Source: Phoronis australis (taxonomy: Eukaryota; Animalia; Phoronida). Taken from it: a stretch of DNA of 64,000 bases. A program made the position numbers and the translations under genes. Positions 13,101-25,100 of this stretch are shown piece after piece. The notes under the pieces are model-generated. The model saw only the letters and a program-made list of their open reading frames with translations, was not told the origin of the DNA and did not search any database. Every line of letters begins with the position of its first letter. Position 1 is the first letter of the stretch. The DNA lies in NCBI GenBank assembly GCA_002633005.1, contig NMRA01000055.1:454924-518923 (forward strand), read 5' to 3'.

Positions 13101-16100
13101 TCACACGACTCGACAAAGCGAAATGGCATGAACAGATCACGTGACACATTCTTGTAGCAAGCCGAGGCGTCCATTAATGCTCCCACTCATCATTCCCACA
13201 ATGCTACCGAAACACAGTGTTATATACAAACTTTAAGTCAAATGACCATCAAAGTGCGTAGAATGTTCGATTATCATACACGAAAGTTGTACGTCAAAAA
13301 TCCGTGTGCAAAGACAGAACTGTGACCGCTGTTAAATCCATCTGTAATAGCCAGTCAAACATAAACACCAAGAAAGCATACCTCGCACATTTTCTGTAGG
13401 TTGGAGAGCCGATCATAAGCCAAATGCCTGAGAAACTTGTTCTCTTGACACCAACACTGTAACCATACCAACCGTAGTCCTGGTCACCACTAACCGACCA
13501 ATCAAAATCTGATGTTGATAACATGTGTCCGGCTGTAAAAATAATGCAAACACATTGCTTTGAACACCTTATACTGAAAAGTACCCATTAATTATTTGCA
13601 ACAAGATAAATGACAGTATCACAAGATATTAATTTACACCATGTTACTTGTTTTAATACAACAGGTGTTTTTCCAACATTAAGAACACAAACTACTTTTA
13701 ATAACTATAACTTCAAAACAATCTTAAAAATAAAATGCAACTCCAGAACTGTATTGGGACTTAATTCTATGTGGTATTAAACACAGAAAAAGGATGATTA
13801 CAAACTGGCAACTTCGAACAGAAAACTACATAAGACCAGCGTAGGTACGTAAAGCTACCACTGAAACAAAGACCATGTAAATGCATAGATCCACAACACG
13901 TTTCATCTCTGACACAATGAATGAAGAATTCCTTAGAAGTGGGTATAACCAGCCGCTAACTACTTCAATCCATGTATCCCAAATCCAGACAAAATCAGTT
14001 TGAGGACATACACTCACCAAACGATTTCTTGGCGTAGATGACTCCTACCAGACCCCGCTGGGAGCCCCCCGCTGCCGCATACGGGCTTCCAATGACCAGG
14101 TCAGCACAGCCATCTCTGTTAAGGTCACCACCGGCCAGACTCCACCCAAGGTTGCAGTAGGTGCTCTGAATTTAAAGGAACACTACCCAATTTAAAGGAA
14201 CACTGCCCAATTTAAAGGAACACTGCCAAATTTAAAGGAACACTGCCAAAATTTAAAGGAACACTGCCCAATTTCAAAAGTAAATACACTAGTTACACAG
14301 GCGTAAATTGACCTATCGCCAGGATTGTGAGTGACGGCTAAACTGACCAATTAGAATGCAGCATTATTCAAACACCTTCGTTTCCAAGCCGCCATTTTAC
14401 CCGACAAACAACACGTTGCCGGTTAAAAGTTATTGTTTGTTAGTCGACAATACACAAGGGGGCAGAGCTTGCGATAGGTGAATTCCCACAGCAGTTTGTT
14501 AACAGAAATTTGGCACGATAAGAACTGTACGATGACACTTGGCTTTCCTCAATTTCCATCCAAGGTAAATGGCCTACTATGTTGCACACCCAGCACAATT
14601 AATGAGAAGCAGAATACTGGTGGACTATTAAACACAAAGTCTAATGTAAACTGTAGACTGTAGATAACAAAACTAGCCAAACTAGAACGATAACACCAGC
14701 AGCCTGCGGTGTCCACAGGAGATGTAGTTGCCAACAGCTGGACGCTTTCTTTGAAGATAGCGACGGATTTTAAGGTTAGCAAACCGGTTGATTTTCCACA
14801 TCACGACTGGTGTGGGTGTCAATGTGGGATTCTTTTGATGGCAAACGGGATAAAGCGGGTGGGAATCAAATAAATGGCATACGTACGTGATATAATCTGA
14901 GTAAATTCTACCCATTCCCAACCCATGCGGACAAGCTCATGCGTTTTGAGAATGCGCTTGGTCCGACAGGGAATCAGGCAATACAGTTAAAGTGTCACTT
15001 GTGGAAGTCACTTTAAATTGTGACAACTGTCATGCCATAACGCTTTAAAGCCTAACTTCAATGGATTTTTGATATTTTTGATTATAGCACTGAGCAATCC
15101 AGATGCTCCTAGTTTGGCGATATTATGGCTCAGAGGCAATCAGAATTGTGTTCTAAATAGGGATGGGACAGTACACAATCATGTTTAGGAATTCCATTCC
15201 ATTCAATTTCTTAAAAGGAATTGCATTATTTTTCATTTGATTCTAGTCTGTCAAATTAATTCCATTTTTCTCAAACACTTCTAGGTCATGTGATGAGGTC
15301 AACAGATGGCGTGCTGACCAGACTTAAATGTTTGCAAATTAATACTAAATATATCGACATTTCTCATCTTCACTGAATGCATACTGTCTACAAAAGTTTA
15401 TGGGAGATATGTAAAAAGCAACCGAAACTTGTAAAACATGTCTATATGATTTCAAAATACCTTAAGCTAATTATTAACAACTGACACACATCACTGCCTG
15501 TATAAATGTGGGCCCAGAAAAAAATTACCGAACACTGTATCGTTACATCTGGCTTGGGCGACAAACCATGTTGACCATGACCATAGTAGATGTATACCTC
15601 ACCCTGAAAATAACACAGGATCTTGATCAGACCTTGAACTAATGAATATGTAAATCTTGAACTTATGAATATGTAAACCTTAACCAAGTGTGAAAAGATG
15701 GATCATAAACATGTTTAAGTCTGGTCCACACGCCACCTGTTGGCCACATCAAGTGGCGTGCGGAACATTTTGAGTCTTTGAACTGAGCTCCAACACAAAA
15801 CACAGGCCAAACAATAAAACACCATACTCTTAAAAGAGATGCCTGGCTGCCAGAAGAAAGTCTAAAAATCTCCGAAGTCTCTTTGAAGATTTACAACAAT
15901 TCTTCACATATTTAGCATACAATATGGTGGACAAGGAATTTTTTTCATCAATTTCCTCGTAAAATATAAAGACAAAGAAACTACTAGTCTACAGTTAGCT
16001 TGACTTGTAATGTGTAGACATGTTATTTTGCAATTCACAACTTTATTACGTACCTAACGTGAACAAATTTGTGCTGGTTACAATTTCCTATTTTCACAAC

Positions 16101-19100
16101 TCACCCGATAAGTTAATTCAGGGGAACCAACAGAGGGCGCACTCACAGCCAGGTCAGTCACACCATCACAGTTGAAGTCAACGGCTGCCAATGACCATCC
16201 AAACTTCCCATTCTACATAAAAGAAATATGGCGACAAGCTCAAAAGAATGATAAGTCAGTTTTGGGTGGCACCGGGATTTAAGACTTTTCTTATTTCAAC
16301 TTTTCTGTATTGAAAGCCACAATAAACAAGACGTTTCAGTCTTGTTTGAATTGTCCAACAACAAGCCACATTTGACCATAAAAGAAAACTTTTACCCTAT
16401 GGAGGTATACACGGATGTCAAAGCCTATACAAAGTTGTGTTTATACCCAAAATTAGGTGCATTAGCCTATATGCAAAACAATTGTGAAATCTAGGAGGAA
16501 AATATGACAATAGCGTGTCAATGAAACTTTACACGTTGATGAGAAAATCATCATTGGTAGATCTCCCAGTAGGACATCACCAAGGCTGAGTATCATATTT
16601 TTATGGATAAGCCCCCCGTGATAGATTTTAGAAGTGATGTCGAAAAGGAAACACTAAAGAAATTTAAGATTCTAAATTTGGCAGATGTAAAAATATTATT
16701 ATCTTTAAAAAAACATCATTTTGGAAACACAGGCATTGACCAAAATATGTGCATATATGGAGAAAGAGAGCAACGAGCATAACCGTGCATGTATACAGTA
16801 TAGTACCTGGTGAAGTCCAAGCCTTGAGTCATTGGCGATCAGCTCGATGACATCATCCACCAATGGTAGACCTTGCCCCGAACCATGTATAAAGTAAACC
16901 CTCCCAAGGCCTGCACTATGACCGGGGGCCCCAAAAGCAACATCAAAATGGCCGTCACCATTGAAGTCAGCTGTCAGAAGACTTCTACAATAATTGTCAA
17001 AGAATAGTACTAATTACAGTTATGTACAAGCCAAAGTATTCAGACAAAAGGATCTAGAATGCCCCATCGAGTCAGCCGGGCAGAAGCCAAATTCATCCTC
17101 TGAGCAGTCCTTGAACCGTTATGACAGAGAATGAAGGCAAATAAACAGGGAAGTTTGTGTTTAAGCCAGTAATTAGAATCTTGTAGATGTAACGGGAAAA
17201 CATATTTGGTCCTGTACTGTACAAACCTTCCCAAATCTGCATACGGCTCATTAGTTCTGTAAACTGCGTTTGGTCTTCTGTATTTCCTTTCTTCCCTTCC
17301 TTGCTGGGTATTGCTTGCAGTTTGTTGCAGGCTCTTCCATTTGAGGAGTTCCAAAGTTTCCTGAACGTCAAGAAAACATGACATTGCAGCAAGCACAGTT
17401 TTCACAACCAGACAGCAGAAATACAATGTAATCTCACTCAAACTGTTATTTCGACATCAGTTACTCAGAGTTAAACTGTTATTAATATTAAAGTGAATAT
17501 TCAGTTTGGTTCTTTATAATTATTTTCCACCATAAAATGTTTGACCCTTCATATCTCATCTAAGTTACCAGTAACTCTTTCTTCATTTAGGCATTGTACA
17601 TTAATTAATTGAAAGCTCTAAAAACCTTGACATGGTAATAAATAACAATCAAGATGCCATAAAATCTCACCAATTTAGGAAGCAATATGGCCTAGAACTG
17701 AAATTTCATTTGATCATTTTTGTCATGCTACAAACGCAACGCCAAATTAAATGCTCCTCTATGTTCAATATCTGTACCACAGCAACCATCAGACCAAGTT
17801 TCAAAAATAGTGGCGAGTCACAACTGTACAACGCTTAATGTCCTTGAAAAATGAAAAGGGCAATTTCGGCAATTATTTTTGGTCGAAATTAGTGAAACTT
17901 CACCGTAATAAGCCAAGTCAGATTGTGTATAAAAACTTCAATTTGCAGAATGAGATGCTTTTCCTGACTCGCTGGACATCACAAGATGAACACACTGTCG
18001 CAGAATTGTTACAACAAAATAGATAAATAGTGAGGGCATACTCCTGAATCACTTTTTGTTAATATCACAAACTGGATTTAAAAGTTTTGGCGGAACCCTT
18101 GGCATCAAGTTGTGCTTTAAAGTAAAAGCACTTCATGCTGCGTTCTCATGATGTCCACGTCGCGTCGGCTCAATCCATACAGTCTAGGCTCGACAAAGTA
18201 CCCATTCTTCAATGACTGACCATTCTCCACATCATTCACTACCTGTCGAGTCTTGCTACAGCGAATGAACAACGGACTGCGAGGTACACTGCAGGAACTG
18301 TAAATACGTAGCAATTAATACATAACTATAGTATGTTTATTTTGTTGTATCAGTTGTACAAAATTACACAATTATACAATACATTACAAAAACGCATGTA
18401 TCTACATCGTCTCTTCTGCCAACAGTCAGCTAAATTTAAATTATCACCTTCAGCATGACATTATCAAAATGTGTATACTGTGAACATCTATTTGACAATT
18501 TGAAACCTTCATTAGAACTCGTCAATTAGAAAAGTAGAAATTCCCAATAAATGCATTTCCATGAGACTGCATCATTATTTTCTTGACGAACAACTTTTTA
18601 TATTTAGCCTAATATTGAAATCACCTATGAATCCCAATTTCAAAGAATTAAATGTCAGAGAATAATTTAATAATTTATGATTTTCAATGACAATCCAAAA
18701 TTAAGACTTTTATGGATAGTTTCATTACATTTTCGCAATTGAAATCACCTTTGAGTCCCAATTTTAAGGAATCAAATGAAATTAATTTTTTAGTGACTGT
18801 CAAAAAATAAGACTTTTTATGGGCAGTTAACGGCCATACAATTTTACTGATAGTTTAAAAGCTACGCATGGTAACAAATACATTATGAAAACAAGGCAAA
18901 AATTACGAATTCTTCCCATTGAAAGCAATAAAACTTTTGAAAATTACCTATCCCCTTCATTCAATATGTGTATAGCCTCGTCCCATATGTTAGTCGTCCA
19001 TACTGCCATGTCATTCATTCCTCCCAGAAAGTAATCAGAGAGCTGATGAACCAGGAACGGGCTCTTGTAGGCGAAGTCAGGGAACAGCTGTGTGAAAGAA

Positions 19101-22100
19101 ATGAGGGATGGATACATGTCATGGAAAGGTATAATCCAGGAGTTTTGATTAGACTTCATGAGTCAATATCAAAGTTGTTAAAAAATTACAGCAGGTCTTT
19201 CTGTAAAATAGCCATGTGTCGAATCTAATACTCCCATTTTACAGTTTCATGAGTGGTAGAAAACAGCCATGTGACTGACCTAACTTTTGAAAGGCTGGGC
19301 CACTAAGACACCTCTGAGTCAAGTCAGATGAGGAAAGAATGTACCACCCAGCTTGTCAAGCTTTTATGTCCTTGCAACTAACTCACTGTGTAAAAGAACA
19401 ATTTTGGTGGCATTAGAATGATGAATAACTAACTTCTTTGATGTGGAATAGTGATAAGCATGGCAGCAGGCAGACAAAAGCCTGGTCAGTGCACAGCATT
19501 GTGGGTAACTATCCCAGAACCAGAGTGGCATCATGGTACTTTGGGATGTGGCTATATCAGGGTTCAAACCACCTGAAGCTCTAAAAAGTAAGGATTTTGG
19601 TTGACTTTTTAAACCTTTTGCTATAATTTGAAAAAATTTTCTGTGTCCTTCATTTATCCTTAAATTTAAATTGATATTCCTGGATTTCAAGCACTCGTAT
19701 GAACACTGGAAAATATAGACTACATTAGCGACAGAAGACGTTTCTAGAATTGACGTTGAAAATCCAGCATCTGTTGTGATAACCATGTTAATAGATAGTA
19801 AGAAACAACAAGTGACATGGAATATTTCTACATAACAAGACACAGAGATGAAACAACAGATGAAATGTAAACAGAAAGCAGAAAACAAATAATTACAATG
19901 TCTTCCATTGAAAGAAATCGCACTCTCAAGTGCACGCACAGATCAACAATTTTCAACGATTGCGCGACAAAGAGCAAGAGATAACGTAAATGAAAAAGCA
20001 CACTTACCTTCTTGATGGCCAATTTCTCACCAAGTCTAAAAAATTCATAAAAGAACATGATAAGCAGTAGAGAACTTGGCATACCAACAAAAACCAAACA
20101 ATGATACTAATTTAGTTGCCGGTTATTAGTAAGGTCAGCCAATCAAATGTATGAATTGAAAAATCGATTTCTAAACATGTAATCACAAGACATGTACAAT
20201 GAGCATAGTACTATCTAAAAATTCAGTGTACACTCCCATATTACACACGTAGCAGTCTCGCATCATTGTGAGGTTTATTTTCAGAAAACTATAACATTAC
20301 TGAGGTGTAAATGCAGATGGTTCATTTAGTGCAGTAGAAATCATGAAATAAAGATGTTACATCAAGATGGAGAGACGTTCAAAGTAATTATGCAGACGCA
20401 TAGCTAGTACTGGATTTAACTTGATTGGGAAAACATTTTGAGCATCTGAAAGCTCAATTTTTGGAAGGCAGGACCACATGATTTTGTTATTTTTGACACA
20501 AATTGGGTACACGGAGGCCAAAAATTATTCCTCAGACATCAAAACAACATCCAACAGACAGTGCCTTACCTAGCAAGAAACATGATGAGAGTACAGTCCT
20601 CGATCACCTGACGTGTCATGTTTGTATGTCCTGAGTAATACAACTGGTAGATATTGAACAGATCATCAACGGGGATATACCTGTCATCAGACAATAAGAA
20701 ACTTGAAGATCATTAGGCGTCGAAAGTGAAGCACCAGTTGAAATCAGTTTGTTAAGTAGTGTGGGTGGGTGAATTTCTAAGCAATTGTAACTTAAATATT
20801 TCAAAAGCCACCATTGGGCCAGATACTAACTCTGGTTTCCGTACCGCAAAGGGACGAGAATTAACTCATCTGGATGGAATGCTAGTCTATCACAGGTTCC
20901 AAGTTATGACTGGTACTCATTCATGGCGAGTTGACAGGTCAAGTGCTTTGCTGTAGGGTAATAATCGGATGTAACGTGCCGGCAATTTGCGAACCAGTTT
21001 TCTCTGCTGAAATAACAGGCCTCTAACTGGTTCTCAAAATGCAGGCACTAATGTGACGTCTGATGCACCGCAAATGACATCAGACCACCTGCACTGTTTT
21101 TTTTTAATGTGACGGGACGTTAGTAACTGTACGTTTTTTGCTATGCTTAGTTAGTCGTTATCGTTCATTTATAATTATGCTAATGTCTTTGTTGTGTCTC
21201 AATGCACCTTTGTTATGTGGGCATGCGGGCGCGACTGTATGTGTTGGACACTTCGCTAGCGACAGGCTTCAGAGAAGGGTGTGTTTCCTTCTTTGGCAAA
21301 TGTGAATTGAGCACATGTAATTTTGAACTGAACTGAAATGTGTGTGTATTAAAGATGAAATACACATTTTGGTGTTCTTTGGAGATTTGATTTGTTACAC
21401 TAAAGAGCACAAGAGCATTACCACCATCATCACAAATAACGCAGACACAAATTTTGAAGAAACCTGGAAGACATTGTGACAAGCAACTCACCACGGTGCT
21501 GTACTGTTGATGTAGTCAAGGTTCAACTCAAACTCATTGACAATGTCGCCGCCAACGTCACCGGCACTGTGTGCTTTGTCAAAAGAACCATGGAAATCGG
21601 TCTGTAAAAAAATACAAAGAATTTCGTTAATCTGTAAACAATCTTGACTTTGACGTTATTTAATAGATAATCTCATGTTCTACGTAAAAGCATGTTTTGT
21701 TACCCTCACTCACGTTGCAAACTTTCGAGGCAGTTTACCTTATATTACGCGAGTTTATCAAGTTTGAGAGTACGTTGTAGTTTCTTGAGTTTATCAAGTT
21801 TGAGAGTACGTTGTAGTTTCTTGAATTCTGAAAACAATATAGCGCAACAAGATAATTTTGTTTGAGCAAAATCATAAACAAAAAATAAACAGGAAGAAAA
21901 CTTTAATTACTTCATTTCTTGAACTGCTGTCATTAACAAACACACAATGAACTTTTGAACATTTTTGACAATGTCATTAGTTTTTGAAAAGTGAAAAATG
22001 GCTACGGGCAACAATTACTTATATTCCAATTTGAGGAAGCTTTACCGCACATCAAAATTATTTTTGATCATGTCAACAAGATACACCCTCATGCAGTATT

Positions 22101-25100
22101 CACCAGATGCTGCGTTTTTACACCATGTGACGCATACTAAAATGGAAGCCTAACCTTTTACCTTAGATAGGTTGTAAGAAATATAACTAAAGAAATAAAA
22201 AAACAGATTCATCTTATTTTTTAAATGTACATTGTGCCTTGTTCAGAACAAATTTTACTAACAGTAATGATTAGTTTGAAAGTCTACAGCAAACAATATG
22301 CACGTATATGCGGGTGCACAATGCACAAGTACATGCAGGTGCAAAATGCACATGCAGGTGCATAAAGACTCCTATCAAGCCGCTTTACCATCCCCATTGT
22401 AGACAGGAAGCCCTGATCAATGCCGAGACTGTGCCAGGAGACATCGGCCACCTGATGAGAAACGAATCCGAGCATGAACGCAATCAGCTTCCTCGTCTCC
22501 TCGTTCCAGGGCTGAGGGTAGGTGGTGCGGATGTAATCTAGCGTAGTGGACAGGAAGGGTGACCAGTGGGTGTCCTCCGACACTTGGTGAAACACACCTG
22601 AAGAAGGAAGACTTCTGGGATACCAGGTTGACACAAGTGGCACAAAGATTATAATTTTTTTGTCAGACAGACTTGCTGTCCACAGGCGGGTCATTTATGC
22701 CAGCAGTCAGTTCATTTTCTTTCCACCAATACTGCATTATAAGTGGCGTAATGAAATACTTTATCACAGATACTTCGTCACCAATAATTCACTCCTGTGA
22801 TTTCGATGGAGACTTAAGCAGCTGAATCTCACAGCATTATATTTGCCATAATCATGTTACGGGATATTAAAATGAATCACGTAAAATCACCTGTGACTGA
22901 AAAAAAAGTCAACTCGGCTTCTTTTGCTCAACAGTCAACTGGTTCTCAAAATGCAGGCAAGTTATATCAAACTATTGCCATTTCCAGTACTCGAAATGTT
23001 AGGAGCTGTATGTCGGACATTTGTTATTGGTGTTAAAGAATGACTGCATTAAACTCGCTAAAGCCCGCTCTCTCCTATGCATGTTTGTCCTCTGAATTTA
23101 GTTGTCCGGCTACAAAAATATTAGAGAAAATGCCAGCACTTTTGGAGTAACCCAAAAAGTGCCAGCAAAAATTACCCTTGCAACCAATCACATTACCGTC
23201 AATTAACTTACTACCAAGAATGCTAACATTTAAGCCAGTATGACAATACTAGCGTAATGGAGATTCTTCAAAAAGTTCCCCATTCCTCACTCACTGTTTC
23301 AAACTGTCTCTAGAGTGAATTTAATAATACAATTTGATGTTAAAAATGTTGACATTTGTTTTACACAAATTCCAGCACGCATTTTAAATCAAATTGGTTG
23401 CTCTAATCAGAACACTTGAGTCCATTTGCATGTCAAATAATTTCTAAAAGAAACAGTGATGACATTCACTTAACTGTATAAAATTCAAGCTTAAAAATAC
23501 ACAAGCAAGGCTTACGCCTGCGTGCCGGTTGAGGGTATGCCCAAACCACTATTTGTAAGTGACTATTTAATTCCATCTTACTGGCTTCCATGGAAAACTT
23601 TCACGAACTGATGGCAACAAAGCCACAAAGAACTGAACACCGTAGTAAAAGGCTGTAAGAATTTTATAATGTGGTGGATAACTGACACTCCACCTTATTT
23701 GAAATTTCTTAAAAAAACAACTTTAAAGAAAATTTTCTTTGCTATGGATCATATACAGAATTTGTTGAATACACGACACTTTTCATTTTTCACGGTCTTT
23801 ATTCCGTTGCGTTCATACTTTCTGAACAAAACTCTACTCTCTACTGAACATAGATACAGTAACTGACCTAGCGACATAATTAAAAAGACACACGATATTN
23901 AAGCGAAAGTCCGCCCCGTTGCACAGTGTAGTGTTGTTTATGAATTTGTATGCCCTATGAATGAATGTCTTCGTTCAAACGTCAAACAATGTTACATTGG
24001 TCAAACGGTTTGCAGTCTTTCCCGTCGGTTATCCATGCATCTTCAAAATGGCGCCATTCAAGATCATTTTCTGCAATACCACGCACGTAAAATCACCCGT
24101 CAAGAAATTGTGGAAAACACGTCAATTCGCTACGTGGAGCAAGATGTGCTGCGTTTGAAAGTATTAGAGTCCCTTTTAATTGCTTTTGAGAAGCCTATTT
24201 TGAATGAGCAGCAAACAGGGTCGCGCCGCACGTTACACTTGTTTGCGTGACTTTCCTGTTACCCTAATTCTTTAGTCATTCTTTGCAGTATTTCACACCC
24301 GCCGTGTCTCACTGTGTGTGTCGTCAGCTTATACTCTGTGGTGGCATTACTGCGTCATTTTATCTTCACTTGAGAATGAAACAAGTATGTTTCGAAATAT
24401 CGTGTGTCTTTTTAATTATGTCGCTAGGTCAGTTACTGTATCTATGTTCAGTAGAGAGTAGAGTTTTGTTCAGAAAGTATGAACGCAACGGAATAAAGAC
24501 CGTGAAAAATGAAAAGTGTCGTGTATTCAACAAATTCTGTATAACAGAAAACTTGCTCCTTATGGATCATATACTAAACTATTATTACAAAAGCAACGCG
24601 GAGCATTCAAATGCGCCCACGAATGCATCGCAAATGGTGTGCTTTTAGGGTTGTTTATTTGTGTCATAAAAATGGCCACTAGATGGTGCAAAAACTGTAC
24701 AATCCATCCGAAAACGGGAACATGCCATTGCCACTAGGGGGATCCACCTGAAAGTCGTCATTGTCAGTTTTTAGCCTCATATAAATACACCTACTAATTA
24801 AATCTAATAAAGATCCTGCAGTGGGTTTAGGAGATACAGCTATGGACGCAAAACAAAACAAAACTACCATTAGGAGGCGCCACAGTAGTCAAAGTCGTCG
24901 GAAAATCATTGTCAACCGTCATCTTCATAGTAAGAACATACATGCCAATTTTCACAATTATGCTTAGAGCGGTTTGGTTGATAGAGGGGTGGACGCTACA
25001 AAACAGACTCGGAAACAGTAAAAATGACCACTAGGTGCCACAAACTACGTCGAATCCATTCGAAAACGGGAGGATACTGTCGTCTCACTAATTGATGCCC

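Noticed and set aside
14169-14273. Short direct repeats resembling a CRISPR array (also 35158-35272)
   Set aside because: Contiguous tandem units with no unique spacers, no cas genes, eukaryotic context.
19364-19939. Longest ORF in the track (191 aa)
   Set aside because: Intronic, low-information F/I/C/S-rich sequence with no recognisable motif.
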